DNA of 64,000 nt, taken from contig JAXHMY010000001.1 in the NCBI GenBank assembly GCA_034520965.1, forward strand, positions 256,001 through 320,000, given 5' to 3'. Positions 8,595 to 18,433 of the stretch are shown in pieces. The DNA is from Spirochaetia bacterium (GTDB taxonomy: Bacteria; Spirochaetota; Spirochaetia; DSM-16054; Sediminispirochaetaceae). Both the position numbers and the translations under genes were made by a program. Under the pieces are notes generated by a model. That model had not been told where the DNA came from and made no database searches. It was given only the letters and a program-made list of their open reading frames with translations. The first letter of the stretch is position 1. Every line of letters begins with the position of its first letter.

Positions 8595-10731
8595 CTTCAC
8601 GCACCTCCATAATGTACTCAGGAGTCACCGGTATCTGCTTCACATCTCCGTTAATTGCCATTTGTACCGCATCGGCAAATGCGGCTGCGGCTCCGTCAAA
8701 TACCAGTTCACCGGCGCCTTTGGCTCCAAAGGGACCGTATTCATACGGGTTATCCACCAGGGCGCTCTTAATTTTAGGAAAATCCATAGTAGTGGGAATA
8801 GTATAATCGGCCATGGTCTTCTGCTGAAACCGGCCCTCTTTTACTTCCAGTTTCTCCAGGCTGCCGTAACCCAAGGCCTGGATAATCCCGCCGTCTACTT
8901 GGCCCTCTACCACTTTCTCGTCAATTGCGACTCCAACGTCATGAACCGCCCAAATACCTTTTGTAGTTACCTCATATGTGAGAGGATCAACTTCCACTTC
9001 TATCACATTCGCGCCCCAACCGTAGGAGGGGTAGGCATCTCCCTGAAGGTTTTCCTGATCCCAGGGGATCAATCCCTCCGGCGGCTCATACTGCTGCCGC
9101 ACTTCAACTATATCGCTTTCTTTCCAGCGGTCTTTCAGTTTTTTAGCTGCCTCTTGCACCAGGTAACCGACCACGGCAATCGAACGACTGGCACAGGTGG
9201 GGCCTGAGTCAGGAACTAAATCGGTATTCGGATCATTGTAGATTACCGAATCCACCGGTAATTCAAGTACCATAGCAGCTATCTTGCGAAAGGTGGTCTG
9301 CAGTCCCTGGCCCATCTCAACATTCGAAACCAGCAGGTCTACAAGACCATCGGCACGCTTGCGCATTTTAACCACTCCCTTAATAATTTCCTGTTCACCG
9401 TTTCCGGTAAAACCGCTGCCGTGGTTAAACAGAGAAATTCCAATTCCCTTCCATGAACCGGGGGTATGCTCTTTGAGTTTCTTACTGTATCCGGACATAT
9501 CATCAATACGCTGAATTATTTCCGGAAGCTTCACCTCTTCGTGGATCCGGCCGTTCGTTACGGTCACATCCCCCTGCTTCAGCAGATACTGCTGCTTTAG
9601 TTTCAACTCGTCTACGTTTATAGCACGAGCGAGGTGACTCATGTGTGACTCCATGGCAAACAGCCCCTGGGGGGCGCCAAACCCACGGTAGGCATCAGAG
9701 GGGACGTTATTGGTCGCAAAAGCCCTTCCGCGTATCTTTACATTTGGAATATTATATACACTGTTCACAGAAAAAATCGCACGCTGCAGAACTACCATAG
9801 AACAGCTTTCATACGCACCGGCATCGATCCGCACATCTATATCCATTCCAATAATATTACCAGCCTCATCAAGGGCAGTTTTAAAGCGGGTTACGCTGGG
9901 ATGGCGCTTGGGAGTAAAGCTGATATCTTCAACCCGGTCGAAGAACAGACCAATCGGTTTGCCTATCTTGCGGGCGGCAACGGCAAGGGGAGTAGAAATG
10001 ACATCCGGATAATGCTCTTTCCCACCAAATGCCCCCCCGGTCACAACTTGCTGGACCCTGACTTGATCTTCAGCTAGCCCCATTGTAGCTGATACGGCGT
10101 GGCGTACATAAAAGGGACACTGCCCTGAAAAAAGAATGCCCAGTTTGCCGTCATCTTCGGTCTTGGCTACCACCCCCTGGGGTTCCATATATATATGCTC
10201 CTGAAAGCCTGTCCGAATAGTATCTTCTATAACCCGCGCAGCCTTTGCAAAAGCGGCATCGGGATCACCCTTCTGCAGGCGGTAATCGGCGTAGGTGTTA
10301 TCCTCGCCGTGAATAGGGCCGCCCTTTAGAGCCTCGGCCTCTTCAATTGAAAATACCGGGGTAAGATCTTCATACTCTACCTTTACCTCATCCCGCAGAC
10401 GGTTGAGCTCTTTGCGGTCGGGGCCGACCAACAGACCGATGGTTTCACCGATAAATCGTACGTGCTCATCGGCAAATACCGGCCAGTCGTCCTTGATCAT
10501 TTCGATACGGTTTCTACCGCCGGAGGGAATGTCCTTGGCGTCGATATAGTAATAGCCCTCCGGCAGCGCCGGTACGCTCACACTCTTTATAATTGCTCGT
10601 GCACGGGAAGATCGAACAATCTTCCCGTAGAGGAGCCCATCAAACGGAATATCACCAATGTAGCGTGCAGCTCCACCGGTTTTAATTCCGGCATCTACCC
10701 GCTTGATTGAAGTGCTTATCTTTTTATTCAT
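8581..10731 (-). CDS. Xanthine dehydrogenase-family molybdopterin-binding subunit
   Basis: QEHIYMEP, GGAFGGKE, AYRGFGAPQ, EMGQG, DSGPTCASR, GQVDGGIIQALG, GAKGAGE (catalytic Glu). Start at MNKKIST. Confidence 0.93.
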   Translation of the reverse strand: MNKKISTSIKRVDAGIKTGGAARYIGDIPFDGLLYGKIVRSSRARAIIKSVSVPALPEGYYYIDAKDIPSGGRNRIEMIKDDWPVFADEHVRFIGETIGLLVGPDRKELNRLRDEVKVEYEDLTPVFSIEEAEALKGGPIHGEDNTYADYRLQKGDPDAAFAKAARVIEDTIRTGFQEHIYMEPQGVVAKTEDDGKLGILFSGQCPFYVRHAVSATMGLAEDQVRVQQVVTGGAFGGKEHYPDVISTPLAVAARKIGKPIGLFFDRVEDISFTPKRHPSVTRFKTALDEAGNIIGMDIDVRIDAGAYESCSMVVLQRAIFSVNSVYNIPNVKIRGRAFATNNVPSDAYRGFGAPQGLFAMESHMSHLARAINVDELKLKQQYLLKQGDVTVTNGRIHEEVKLPEIIQRIDDMSGYSKKLKEHTPGSWKGIGISLFNHGSGFTGNGEQEIIKGVVKMRKRADGLVDLLVSNVEMGQGLQTTFRKIAAMVLELPVDSVIYNDPNTDLVPDSGPTCASRSIAVVGYLVQEAAKKLKDRWKESDIVEVRQQYEPPEGLIPWDQENLQGDAYPSYGWGANVIEVEVDPLTYEVTTKGIWAVHDVGVAIDEKVVEGQVDGGIIQALGYGSLEKLEVKEGRFQQKTMADYTIPTTMDFPKIKSALVDNPYEYGPFGAKGAGELVFDGAAAAFADAVQMAINGDVKQIPVTPEYIMEVREDGNN

Positions 10732-10771
10732 ATCCCCTCTTCCTTGCAAAAGATCACCTCTTAAAGATTTT

Positions 10772-10817
10772 AAAAAGGACAGAGAGAACCGGAGCTTCCG
10801 GTCCTCCTCCTTGTCCC
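10772..10817 (-). terminator. Putative intrinsic terminator between ygeY and the Mo-hydroxylase genes
   Basis: Minus strand GGACAAGGAGGAGGACCGGAAGCTCCGGTTCTCTCTGTCC-TTTTT: extended hairpin followed by a U tract. Confidence 0.6.
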
Positions 10818-10849
10818 TTAGCTTACTGCTTAACTCAAATATAACAAAT

Positions 10850-12070
10850 TTACTGCTTACCCTCCAGAGTAAAGGGGAGCATCGCATAAAATGCACTACA
10901 AATTTCCAGGTCATCAACCCGGTTTACTTCATTTGGGGCATGGGCCTGATTCTCGTCGCCAGGACCAAAACCGATAGCCGGAATCTTGTGCCGGCCGGTT
11001 GTGGCAACGGCGTTTGTTGAGAAGGTCCATTTATCGACTACCGGCTCTTTCTCGAACAGAGCTTTGTAGGCTTTTACACCCTTCTGTACTATCTCGTGAT
11101 CTTCGGGAATCTTCCAAGTCGGAAAATAAAGCTCCTGAGAGTAGTCCAGGTTCTTCCAACCGCGCTCTTCGTACATCGGCATTTCGACGGACACCGCATC
11201 CTTATCCTCACCAATAGCCTTGCTCATGTACTCTTTTACCTGGTTGATAGCCAATTCTTTGTCCTCGCCCCAGGTCAGTCGGCGGTCGAGATACAGCATA
11301 GCCTGGTCGGGAACCGCACACTGGCTGGGTCCCTTTACATCGATCTGGGAGACTACAATGGTTCCCTTCCCCAGAAAGTTGTCTTCATCCGGCTGCAGAT
11401 CTTCATTCAACTGTTCCATTGCCAGAGCAGCCCGAGCAGCCTTGTAGGCGGCACTCTGGCCACGCTCGGGAGCCGAACCGTGGGAAGAGACACCCTTTAG
11501 GCGAGCGATCATTTCCATCCGTCCCCGGTGACCCCGGTAAATCCGGCAAGTAGTCGGTTCGGTGGATACAAAAAAGTCGGGCTTGAGGTTTTCCTCTTCG
11601 ATGAGGTACTTCCAGCACATACCGTCGCAGTCTTCTTCAAGCACGGTGAAGGTGAAGTATACACTGTACTCTCCATCATACCCAAGATCCTTCAGTATTC
11701 GACCGGCGGTTACCATCGACGCGGCGCCGCCCTTCTGATCACTGGAACCACGGCCGTGAACAAGACCGTCTTTGATTTCACCGGAAAAGGGATCAAAACT
11801 CCACTGTGAGGGGTCGCCCACCTCTACAGTATCAATGTGTGCGTCAATCGCGATAGACTTAGGACCGTTACCAACCCGGCCCACTACACTGCCGAGACCG
11901 TCGATACGCACCTCGTCAAAACCTGCCTCTTCGCACATCTCAACTATTTTGCGGCATACCGCTTCTTCCTCACCATCGTACGATCTAATTTTCACCATTT
12001 CGGATAGTGTTTTAGCTGTGTAATCACGATACTCTTTGGCCTTTGCCAGTATTTCATCTTTGATTGCCAT
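10850..12070 (-). CDS. ygeY: YgeY-family M20 metallohydrolase
   Basis: DAHIDTV, GRGSSDQKGG, EEDCDG, TEPT, GHRGRME, SSHGSAPERG, KWTFSTN, GFGPG.E.QAHAPNE. Clustered with ygeW and ssnA. Confidence 0.93.
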   Translation of the reverse strand: MAIKDEILAKAKEYRDYTAKTLSEMVKIRSYDGEEEAVCRKIVEMCEEAGFDEVRIDGLGSVVGRVGNGPKSIAIDAHIDTVEVGDPSQWSFDPFSGEIKDGLVHGRGSSDQKGGAASMVTAGRILKDLGYDGEYSVYFTFTVLEEDCDGMCWKYLIEEENLKPDFFVSTEPTTCRIYRGHRGRMEMIARLKGVSSHGSAPERGQSAAYKAARAALAMEQLNEDLQPDEDNFLGKGTIVVSQIDVKGPSQCAVPDQAMLYLDRRLTWGEDKELAINQVKEYMSKAIGEDKDAVSVEMPMYEERGWKNLDYSQELYFPTWKIPEDHEIVQKGVKAYKALFEKEPVVDKWTFSTNAVATTGRHKIPAIGFGPGDENQAHAPNEVNRVDDLEICSAFYAMLPFTLEGKQ

Positions 12071-12121
12071 TTTAGAAACTCCTTAAATAAATTCTTTTAA
12101 TTTTTTTCCGTACGTACTGCC

Positions 12122-13454
12122 TTATTCAGGCAGCTTATTTATGTTTTCCCACAATTTCTTGGCCGCAGTGCGGCTTTCAGCGAAGATTTTCTCCACATCG
12201 AGGGGAAACTTTCGATCCTCATATACTATTTGTCCGTCAATAATAACCGTGCGCACATCGGTAGATGCCATTCCGAAAGGCCATGTGTCCATCAATATTG
12301 TCTCCGGTGAGCGGGGTGGGTGCCTGATAATCGGAAATTACTATATCCGCCTTATACCCCTTTTCAAGCCGGCCAAACTGCTGCCCGAAGTTACGGTTCA
12401 ACAGCTCGTTTCCATTGGCAATGAGCTTTAGGAAGGCATCCGAATAGAGACTTCCGTGGGCATCCTGATGCTTGAAAAAAGCAAACTTGAACTCTTCAAA
12501 CATGTTTGCACCGATTCCATCGGTACCGATGGCAACATTCTTATAGTTCGGCAGCTGGTGGTTATACCCAACCCCGTTATTCATATTGCTCTTCGGGTTG
12601 TGGACAAGAAAGCTGTCAGCCTGGTTTATCATCTGAACATCCGCTTCGGAGAGATGTACGCCGTGGACAAAAATTGACTTTTCATTCAGCAAGCCGAACT
12701 CGGACAGACGGGCCATAATGTCCTTATTAAAATGCAGGTGGGAGTAACTGGCATCGTATTTGCCCTCCGCCACATGTACATGAAAACCGCGTCCAGTGCT
12801 CTCGACCACCTCGGCAATCGCCTTTAGACCTTCCTGGGGGATGGTAAAGGGAGCATGACCGCCGACGGCAGCCTCAACCAAGTGTCGCCCGCCGCTCTGC
12901 TTCTCCTGCTCTGCCTGTTTGGCAAACTCGCGGTTTTCTTCAATACCGGCATACATCCCATCCATACCGTTGCGGTCGCTTACCTCATAGCAGGTCATGC
13001 CGCGCAAACCGGTCTCGGTGAAACTCTTTTTCACTGTGTTTAAGCTACCCTTAATATAATTAGGGCTGGCATGGTGATCGATAACCGCCGTGGTGCCGGA
13101 TTTAATCGCCTCGATCGAGTTGATAATCGATGAGTAATACAGCGACTCCTCATCAAGGCCCCGATCCAGTTTCCACCACAGATTCCTTAGTACCGACACA
13201 AAATCGGGGGTAGGACCCACATTAGCCATAATACCCCGGGCCAGCCCTGAATAGTAGTGATGGTGGCTGCAGACCAGCCCTGGAAAAACCAGCTTTCCGG
13301 AGGCATCAATCTCCTTATCGATTTTTCCCGAATATTTTCCGGCAGCGCTCTTTCCAATTTCTACAATTGTGCTGTCGTCAATAACTATATCTACGTCCTC
13401 CCAGACTTTAGGAGGATCAAACTGCAGTGCAGTTGCATTCTTTATCGCTATCAT
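12122..13454 (-). CDS. ssnA: Aminohydrolase SsnA (one +1 indel near 12275-12278)
   Basis: PGLVCSHHHYYSGLARG, LWWKLD, IDHHASP, GGHAPFT, HVHVAEG, HNPKSNMNNGVG. After ...GHMAF the expected C-terminus GMASTDVRTVIIDGQIVYEDRKF...KLWENINKLPE* continues in another frame to the stop at 12122. Alternative start at 13466. Confidence 0.88.
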
Positions 13455-13469
13455 ACTTTTCCTCATCCT

Positions 13470-16400
13470 TTATACTTGAACTTCACCCAATAGATAGGCG
13501 TGCTTTCTTACTACAGTTTCGATAAGTGCCGCCACCCGCGGATCGAGAGTGCCCTCCGGTACCATGCCGTTTTCATCGACCGGAAGTTCCTGCACAGCAT
13601 CATTTACTCTTACGTAGGCGGTTTCGCCGGAGAGCAAAAATCCCGGGTTCTCGGAAGAATCGAAATCCTGCTTCAGGTTAAACACGGTAAACTTATCCTT
13701 ATAGGGTTTGCCCTCCCAAGGACAGAAAGAAGCACAGTTGCCGCATTCGTTACACAGGGCATCTATGTGAATAATCTGATGGTCCTGACCAAATCCAGCT
13801 TCAGTCGGCACCGCCACTACCATATTGGCACGGTTCGGGCAGACCTCCACACACTTGTTGCAGACATAAGAACACTGCAGACAACGCACCGCCTCGTTCT
13901 GGGCAAACACATCATCAGAACCGGAAGCCAGGATATTCTCCGTCCGGATAATCGCGCCCTTGCGCGGCAGGATTTCATTGAGAATCTCTTCGGACTTAAA
14001 CCGGGGTACCCGATTGGCCCGGCTCCAGTCGGCATTTTCTTTGAGGGTAACCGCATCGGCAACTTTGCGTCCGGCGGCTATACACTGTACTACCGTCGAA
14101 GGTCCGCTTTGGGCATCCCCTCCGAGGTATACATTCTCCGCAGCAGTTTCCAGGGTTTCCTCACTCACCTTGGGCCAGCCGTCGCTTCCCAGGGGAATAC
14201 CGAAGGCCGCTAGGGCATCGGTATCGACCTTTTCCCCGATTGCGGTAATTAGATTATCAACTTTCACGGTTTCAGTGCGTTCGGTGGCAACCGGTCGGGC
14301 ACGACCACTGGAGTCCGGCTCGCCTAATTCCATTACCCGTACAGTCAGGGTGCCGTCGGCAGCCAGGGTTTCAGGATTACGGAGGAACTTGAATACCACC
14401 CCGTCCTTCACTGCATTTTCATACTCCTCCATATCGGCGGGCATCTGCTCAAAAGCACGGCGGTACAACACGGTTACCGTATCTACCCCGTCTATCTTAG
14501 TAGCAGCGCGGGCGCTGTCCATAGCGGTGTTTCCGCCACCAACAACCACCACATGCTTCCCAAGCTTTACGGCTTCCGGGGTATTGCGGTAATCCCACAG
14601 AAAATCGAGTGACTTAAGAACTCGCTCATCACTGCCGTCGAGCTTCATAGGATTGTCCTTTTCAGCCCCGATGCCGAGGAAAATATAGGTAAATCCCTGG
14701 GAACGAAGTTCATCACGGGTCATATGCGGATTTGCACCAAACTGAAACTCGACTCCATGGGCTTTGATAAACTCAATATCCTTTTCGATCGCCTCGACGG
14801 GCAGCCGAAAATGAGGAATTACGTGACGTACTACACCCCCGGCATTCTGATGCTTCTCGAATACAGTAACATCAAATCCTTCCCGGGCCATGAAATAGGC
14901 TGCGGATAGTCCGGCAGGACCGGCGCCAACAACAGCGGCCTTTCCCTGCCGCTTCTTCTCCGGTGCAGTCCATTTATCGATATATTTTTGCCAGCCATTT
15001 TCGGCGGCAATTCGTTTCATTTCGCGAATCTTGACTGACCCTTCGTAGTCGAGGCGGGTGCAGTTGTACATACACTGATGATCACATATGTATCCGGTGA
15101 TATTCGGCAATGCATTTTGTTCATATATCACATCCAGCGCCTCAGCATAATGCCCTTTTCCGGCTAAACGGATGTACTCGGGGACATCCTGGTTAATGGG
15201 GCAGGCCGTACGACAGGGTGCAACGTAACAGTCGAACAGCGGGAGGGGCTCACCAGTTGAAATACGGTCGGTACCGCGAAAATCCTTACGGCTGTAGTCA
15301 GCCTGCAGGGCCTCGCGGGCCATTTCCTTAACCTTCTCCACATCAACACTGGTCTTATTCCAGCCGTCGGAGGGTTCGGTTTTCAAAGCCATCTCTTTCA
15401 AGCGCATGTACCCGCCCGGTTTGAGCAGGTCGGTTGCAACTGTAATAGGTCTGATTCCAGCTGAAAAAAGTGCATCCACGTTCAGAGCGGTTGCACCGCC
15501 GGCATAGGAAATCGGAAGCTGTCCCTTAAACTCCTCAGACAGCTTGGCGGCCAAATTGATAGTGAGCGGGTACAGGGCGCGGCCGGACATAAACATGTCG
15601 TCACCAGGCAGTTGACCCTGATCGTTTATTGATCCAAGGGTGTTGGAGAGCTTGGCTCCAAAAATCTTTCCATTGTCTTTAGCCAGTTTCATGAGACGCT
15701 GTACCATTCCAACCGCAACATCGTACTTCAGATCATGATCAAAGGACTCACGACTCAAGTGAAGATAGGTATATCCAAGGTCATCCAAAATCTCACGTAC
15801 ACCCTCGTAACCGAGCAGGGTGGGATTCATTTTTAGGTAGGTATCAATTTTCTTTTCTGTTAATAAATAAGTACAAATAGCTTCCTGTTCATCCGGAGGA
15901 CAGCCGTGCATTGTAGACAGAGTAACCGATGGAGAAATTTGAGCCGGTATGCGATCGGCAAGACCGACCAGAGCGGCTACACGCTCTTCGAGTCCGGTTC
16001 CCTTCAGAAAGCCACCGGCAACCCCGCTGTTGTCACCGGCCTGGGCTTCATTTATCAGCTCATCAAGCTCCTGTTTATACTGGGAAAAGAGGGGATGCTC
16101 CGAGGCGTCGATCATTGAGTTGATGAAGTAGTCCATCTTGGGAGTCTTGATGCCTTCAAGGTCGTACCCGACACTCATGTTAAAGATAAAAGAACGCTGA
16201 TCGGCGCTCAAGCCAAGCTCGAAAACATCCTCAACCAAATGTAAAATAAACCAGGCCTTGATGTACTCATCATAGGCCTTCTCCAAACTGAATTCAGTTG
16301 ACCATTCGGTGTTGTAGCCCTCATCACGTGCATCGATACAGGGTTTATCAATCTCAAGACTGTCCAGTTTCTGTACCGTCTTGAGCTCCATGAAACGACC

Positions 16401-16628
16401 ACCCGCTACATAACTGGCTACAATATTCTGTGCCATCTGGGTATGCGGACCGGCGGCCGGCCCCAGTGGAGTATCACACTGATCGTTGAAAGCAGTAATT
16501 CGCTTGTTGTTCTGCTTCTTAAAGAAATGTATGGAGGGAATGCTGAATACCGACCCTTGGGCTGCGTATTCTCGAAAAATCCTGCGGATGAGTTCCTTGA
16601 AAGGAAGAGGTCTCATTATATCGCCCAT
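13470..16628 (-). CDS. ygfK: YgfK flavin/Fe-S oxidoreductase ('putative selenate reductase')
   Basis: MGDIMRP, GPAAGPHTQMAQN, KPCIDARDEGYNTEWSTE, STMHGCPP, MSGRAL, GAGPAG, GGGNTAMD, and C-terminal CxxCxxxCPNRAN / CNECGNC ferredoxin motifs. Confidence 0.95.
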   Translation of the reverse strand: MGDIMRPLPFKELIRRIFREYAAQGSVFSIPSIHFFKKQNNKRITAFNDQCDTPLGPAAGPHTQMAQNIVASYVAGGRFMELKTVQKLDSLEIDKPCIDARDEGYNTEWSTEFSLEKAYDEYIKAWFILHLVEDVFELGLSADQRSFIFNMSVGYDLEGIKTPKMDYFINSMIDASEHPLFSQYKQELDELINEAQAGDNSGVAGGFLKGTGLEERVAALVGLADRIPAQISPSVTLSTMHGCPPDEQEAICTYLLTEKKIDTYLKMNPTLLGYEGVREILDDLGYTYLHLSRESFDHDLKYDVAVGMVQRLMKLAKDNGKIFGAKLSNTLGSINDQGQLPGDDMFMSGRALYPLTINLAAKLSEEFKGQLPISYAGGATALNVDALFSAGIRPITVATDLLKPGGYMRLKEMALKTEPSDGWNKTSVDVEKVKEMAREALQADYSRKDFRGTDRISTGEPLPLFDCYVAPCRTACPINQDVPEYIRLAGKGHYAEALDVIYEQNALPNITGYICDHQCMYNCTRLDYEGSVKIREMKRIAAENGWQKYIDKWTAPEKKRQGKAAVVGAGPAGLSAAYFMAREGFDVTVFEKHQNAGGVVRHVIPHFRLPVEAIEKDIEFIKAHGVEFQFGANPHMTRDELRSQGFTYIFLGIGAEKDNPMKLDGSDERVLKSLDFLWDYRNTPEAVKLGKHVVVVGGGNTAMDSARAATKIDGVDTVTVLYRRAFEQMPADMEEYENAVKDGVVFKFLRNPETLAADGTLTVRVMELGEPDSSGRARPVATERTETVKVDNLITAIGEKVDTDALAAFGIPLGSDGWPKVSEETLETAAENVYLGGDAQSGPSTVVQCIAAGRKVADAVTLKENADWSRANRVPRFKSEEILNEILPRKGAIIRTENILASGSDDVFAQNEAVRCLQCSYVCNKCVEVCPNRANMVVAVPTEAGFGQDHQIIHIDALCNECGNCASFCPWEGKPYKDKFTVFNLKQDFDSSENPGFLLSGETAYVRVNDAVQELPVDENGMVPEGTLDPRVAALIETVVRKHAYLLGEVQV

Positions 16629-16874
16629 ATTAACTCCTCTAAACTAAATGGTAAAAATTAGACTTTGTGCGGGTACTTTTGAACTATTGTACCTCGATTA
16701 AGAGTGTTGTCAATAAAAAACTGCAACAATTCGCAACATTTTTCAACCCTTTTGGGTTGACTGTCACCACCTTATATTATAAAAATTAGAAGGCTTTATA
16801 TAAAAGAACAGGGTTAATGCGAAGCCGTTATCCGGCCGGGCCGGAAATAAATACATATATGAGAGGGATTTTAC

Positions 16875-18341
16875 ATGATCGATCTTACCATGCACGAAGA
16901 TGTGAAAAAGAAAAATGTTCAGCAATGCCGGGCACAAAATATTATTTACCCGACCTTTGCACAGATGAAAGATCCTTCCCTCATCCCAGACAGCATTCAG
17001 CAAAAGCTCCGCAACGTGGGACTGTGGGACATCAATTCACTCAACCTTTTCCGGATTACCTGGAAAAACGAACCTACCCACCATGGCGGCACCTATAAAG
17101 GCGTAAACTACATTGAACTGCCCCGTGAGATCACCGGCAGCAAGGCCCGCATTCTGGCCCTGGTTGGAAAGTGGTTTCCCACCGGCGCTCATAAAGTAGG
17201 AGCCACTTACGGCTGTCTGGCCCCGGCCCTGACCACCGGAAACTTCGACTCCAGCCGTCAGAAAGCCGTTTGGCCATCTACCGGTAACTACTGCCGCGGC
17301 GGTGCGTACAACTCAGACCTGCTGGCCTGTGATTCCATCGCCATTCTGCCCGAAGAGATGAGTGAAGAGCGGTTCAACTGGCTCAAGAAGGTCGCCGGCG
17401 AGGTTATCGCCACCCCCGGTTGCGAGAGCAACGTAAAAGAGATCTTTGACAAGTGTAACGAACTGAACGCCGAGCGCGGCGACGATATTGTAATCTTCAA
17501 CCAGTTTGACCAGTTCGGAAATTACCTGTGGCACTACGAGGTAACCGCCGAGGCGATTGAAGAGATGATCAAAAAAGAGGTTCCCAATGCCGAGAACTTC
17601 AAGGGTTACCTGACCACCACCGGATCCGGCGGTACCCTGGCAGCCGGAGATTACCTGAAACAGAAGTACCCCCACCTGAAGCTGGCCGCCGGAGAGGCGC
17701 TGCAGTGCCCCACTCTGCTGGACAACGGCTTCGGAGGACACCGCATCGAGGGAATCGGGGACAAGCACGTGCCCTGGATCCACAATGTGCGGAACACCGA
17801 TATGGTGATTGCGGTTGACGATAACGATGCGATGAATGTGATGCGCCTGTTCAATGAGCCCGCCGGTCAGGAGTACCTGAAGCAGCAGGGCGTCTCCCAG
17901 GAGTTTCTCGACAACGCAGACCTGCTGGGCATCTCGGGTATTGCAAATGTAATTGGCGCGATTAAAATGGCCAAGTACTACGAGATGGATGAGGATGATG
18001 TGATTGTGACCGTGCTGACCGACTCGATGGAGATGTACGGATCACGGGTGACCGAAATGAAAAGGAACCACGGCGAGTTTACCGCCACCGACGCGGCCAA
18101 GGTGCACTTCCAGGCCCTCGAGAAGCAGGGCACCGATAACCTGCTTGAGCTGCGCTACGAGGACCGCAAGCGGATCCACAACCTGAAATACTACACCTGG
18201 ATCGAACAGCAGGGTAAAGAGCTCGAAGAGCTGAACGCCCAGTGGTACGACAAGGAGTACTGGACGAACATCCAGAAACAGACCGGAGAGATTGATAAAT
18301 TGATAGAGCAGTTTAACCGTGAAGTCGGTCTGCTGGATTAA
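16875..18341 (+). CDS. Fold-type II PLP-dependent enzyme (cysteine synthase-like, substrate unknown)
   Basis: GKWFPTGAHKVGA (PLP lysine), PSTGNYCRGG, GSGGTLAAG, HRIEGIGDK. Divergent from ygfK. Confidence 0.8.
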   Translation: MIDLTMHEDVKKKNVQQCRAQNIIYPTFAQMKDPSLIPDSIQQKLRNVGLWDINSLNLFRITWKNEPTHHGGTYKGVNYIELPREITGSKARILALVGKWFPTGAHKVGATYGCLAPALTTGNFDSSRQKAVWPSTGNYCRGGAYNSDLLACDSIAILPEEMSEERFNWLKKVAGEVIATPGCESNVKEIFDKCNELNAERGDDIVIFNQFDQFGNYLWHYEVTAEAIEEMIKKEVPNAENFKGYLTTTGSGGTLAAGDYLKQKYPHLKLAAGEALQCPTLLDNGFGGHRIEGIGDKHVPWIHNVRNTDMVIAVDDNDAMNVMRLFNEPAGQEYLKQQGVSQEFLDNADLLGISGIANVIGAIKMAKYYEMDEDDVIVTVLTDSMEMYGSRVTEMKRNHGEFTATDAAKVHFQALEKQGTDNLLELRYEDRKRIHNLKYYTWIEQQGKELEELNAQWYDKEYWTNIQKQTGEIDKLIEQFNREVGLLD

Positions 18342-18349
18342 ATAACAAG

Positions 18350-18374
18350 GGCCGGCGCTTCGCCGGCCTTTTTT
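18350..18374 (+). terminator. Intrinsic terminator
   Basis: GGCCGGCG-CTT-CGCCGGCC-TTTTTT immediately after the stop codon. Confidence 0.85.
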
Positions 18375-18433
18375 GGTACCTACACTCTGGTACCTTCAAT
18401 TAGAATGATAACAATGTTTGAAGGGGAGTAACA

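Noticed and set aside
4583..16628. Selenocysteine (in-frame TGA) in ygfK or the Mo-hydroxylase genes
   Set aside because: The ORFs are full length with no internal TGA; the ssnA break is a frameshift, not a UGA.
16629..16874. Purine, xanthine or guanidine riboswitch in the divergent promoter region
   Set aside because: Only short hairpins (TCAACCC-TTTT-GGGTTGA; TCCGGCC-G-GGCCGGA) were seen and no consensus I can recognise. An Rfam/Infernal scan would be needed.
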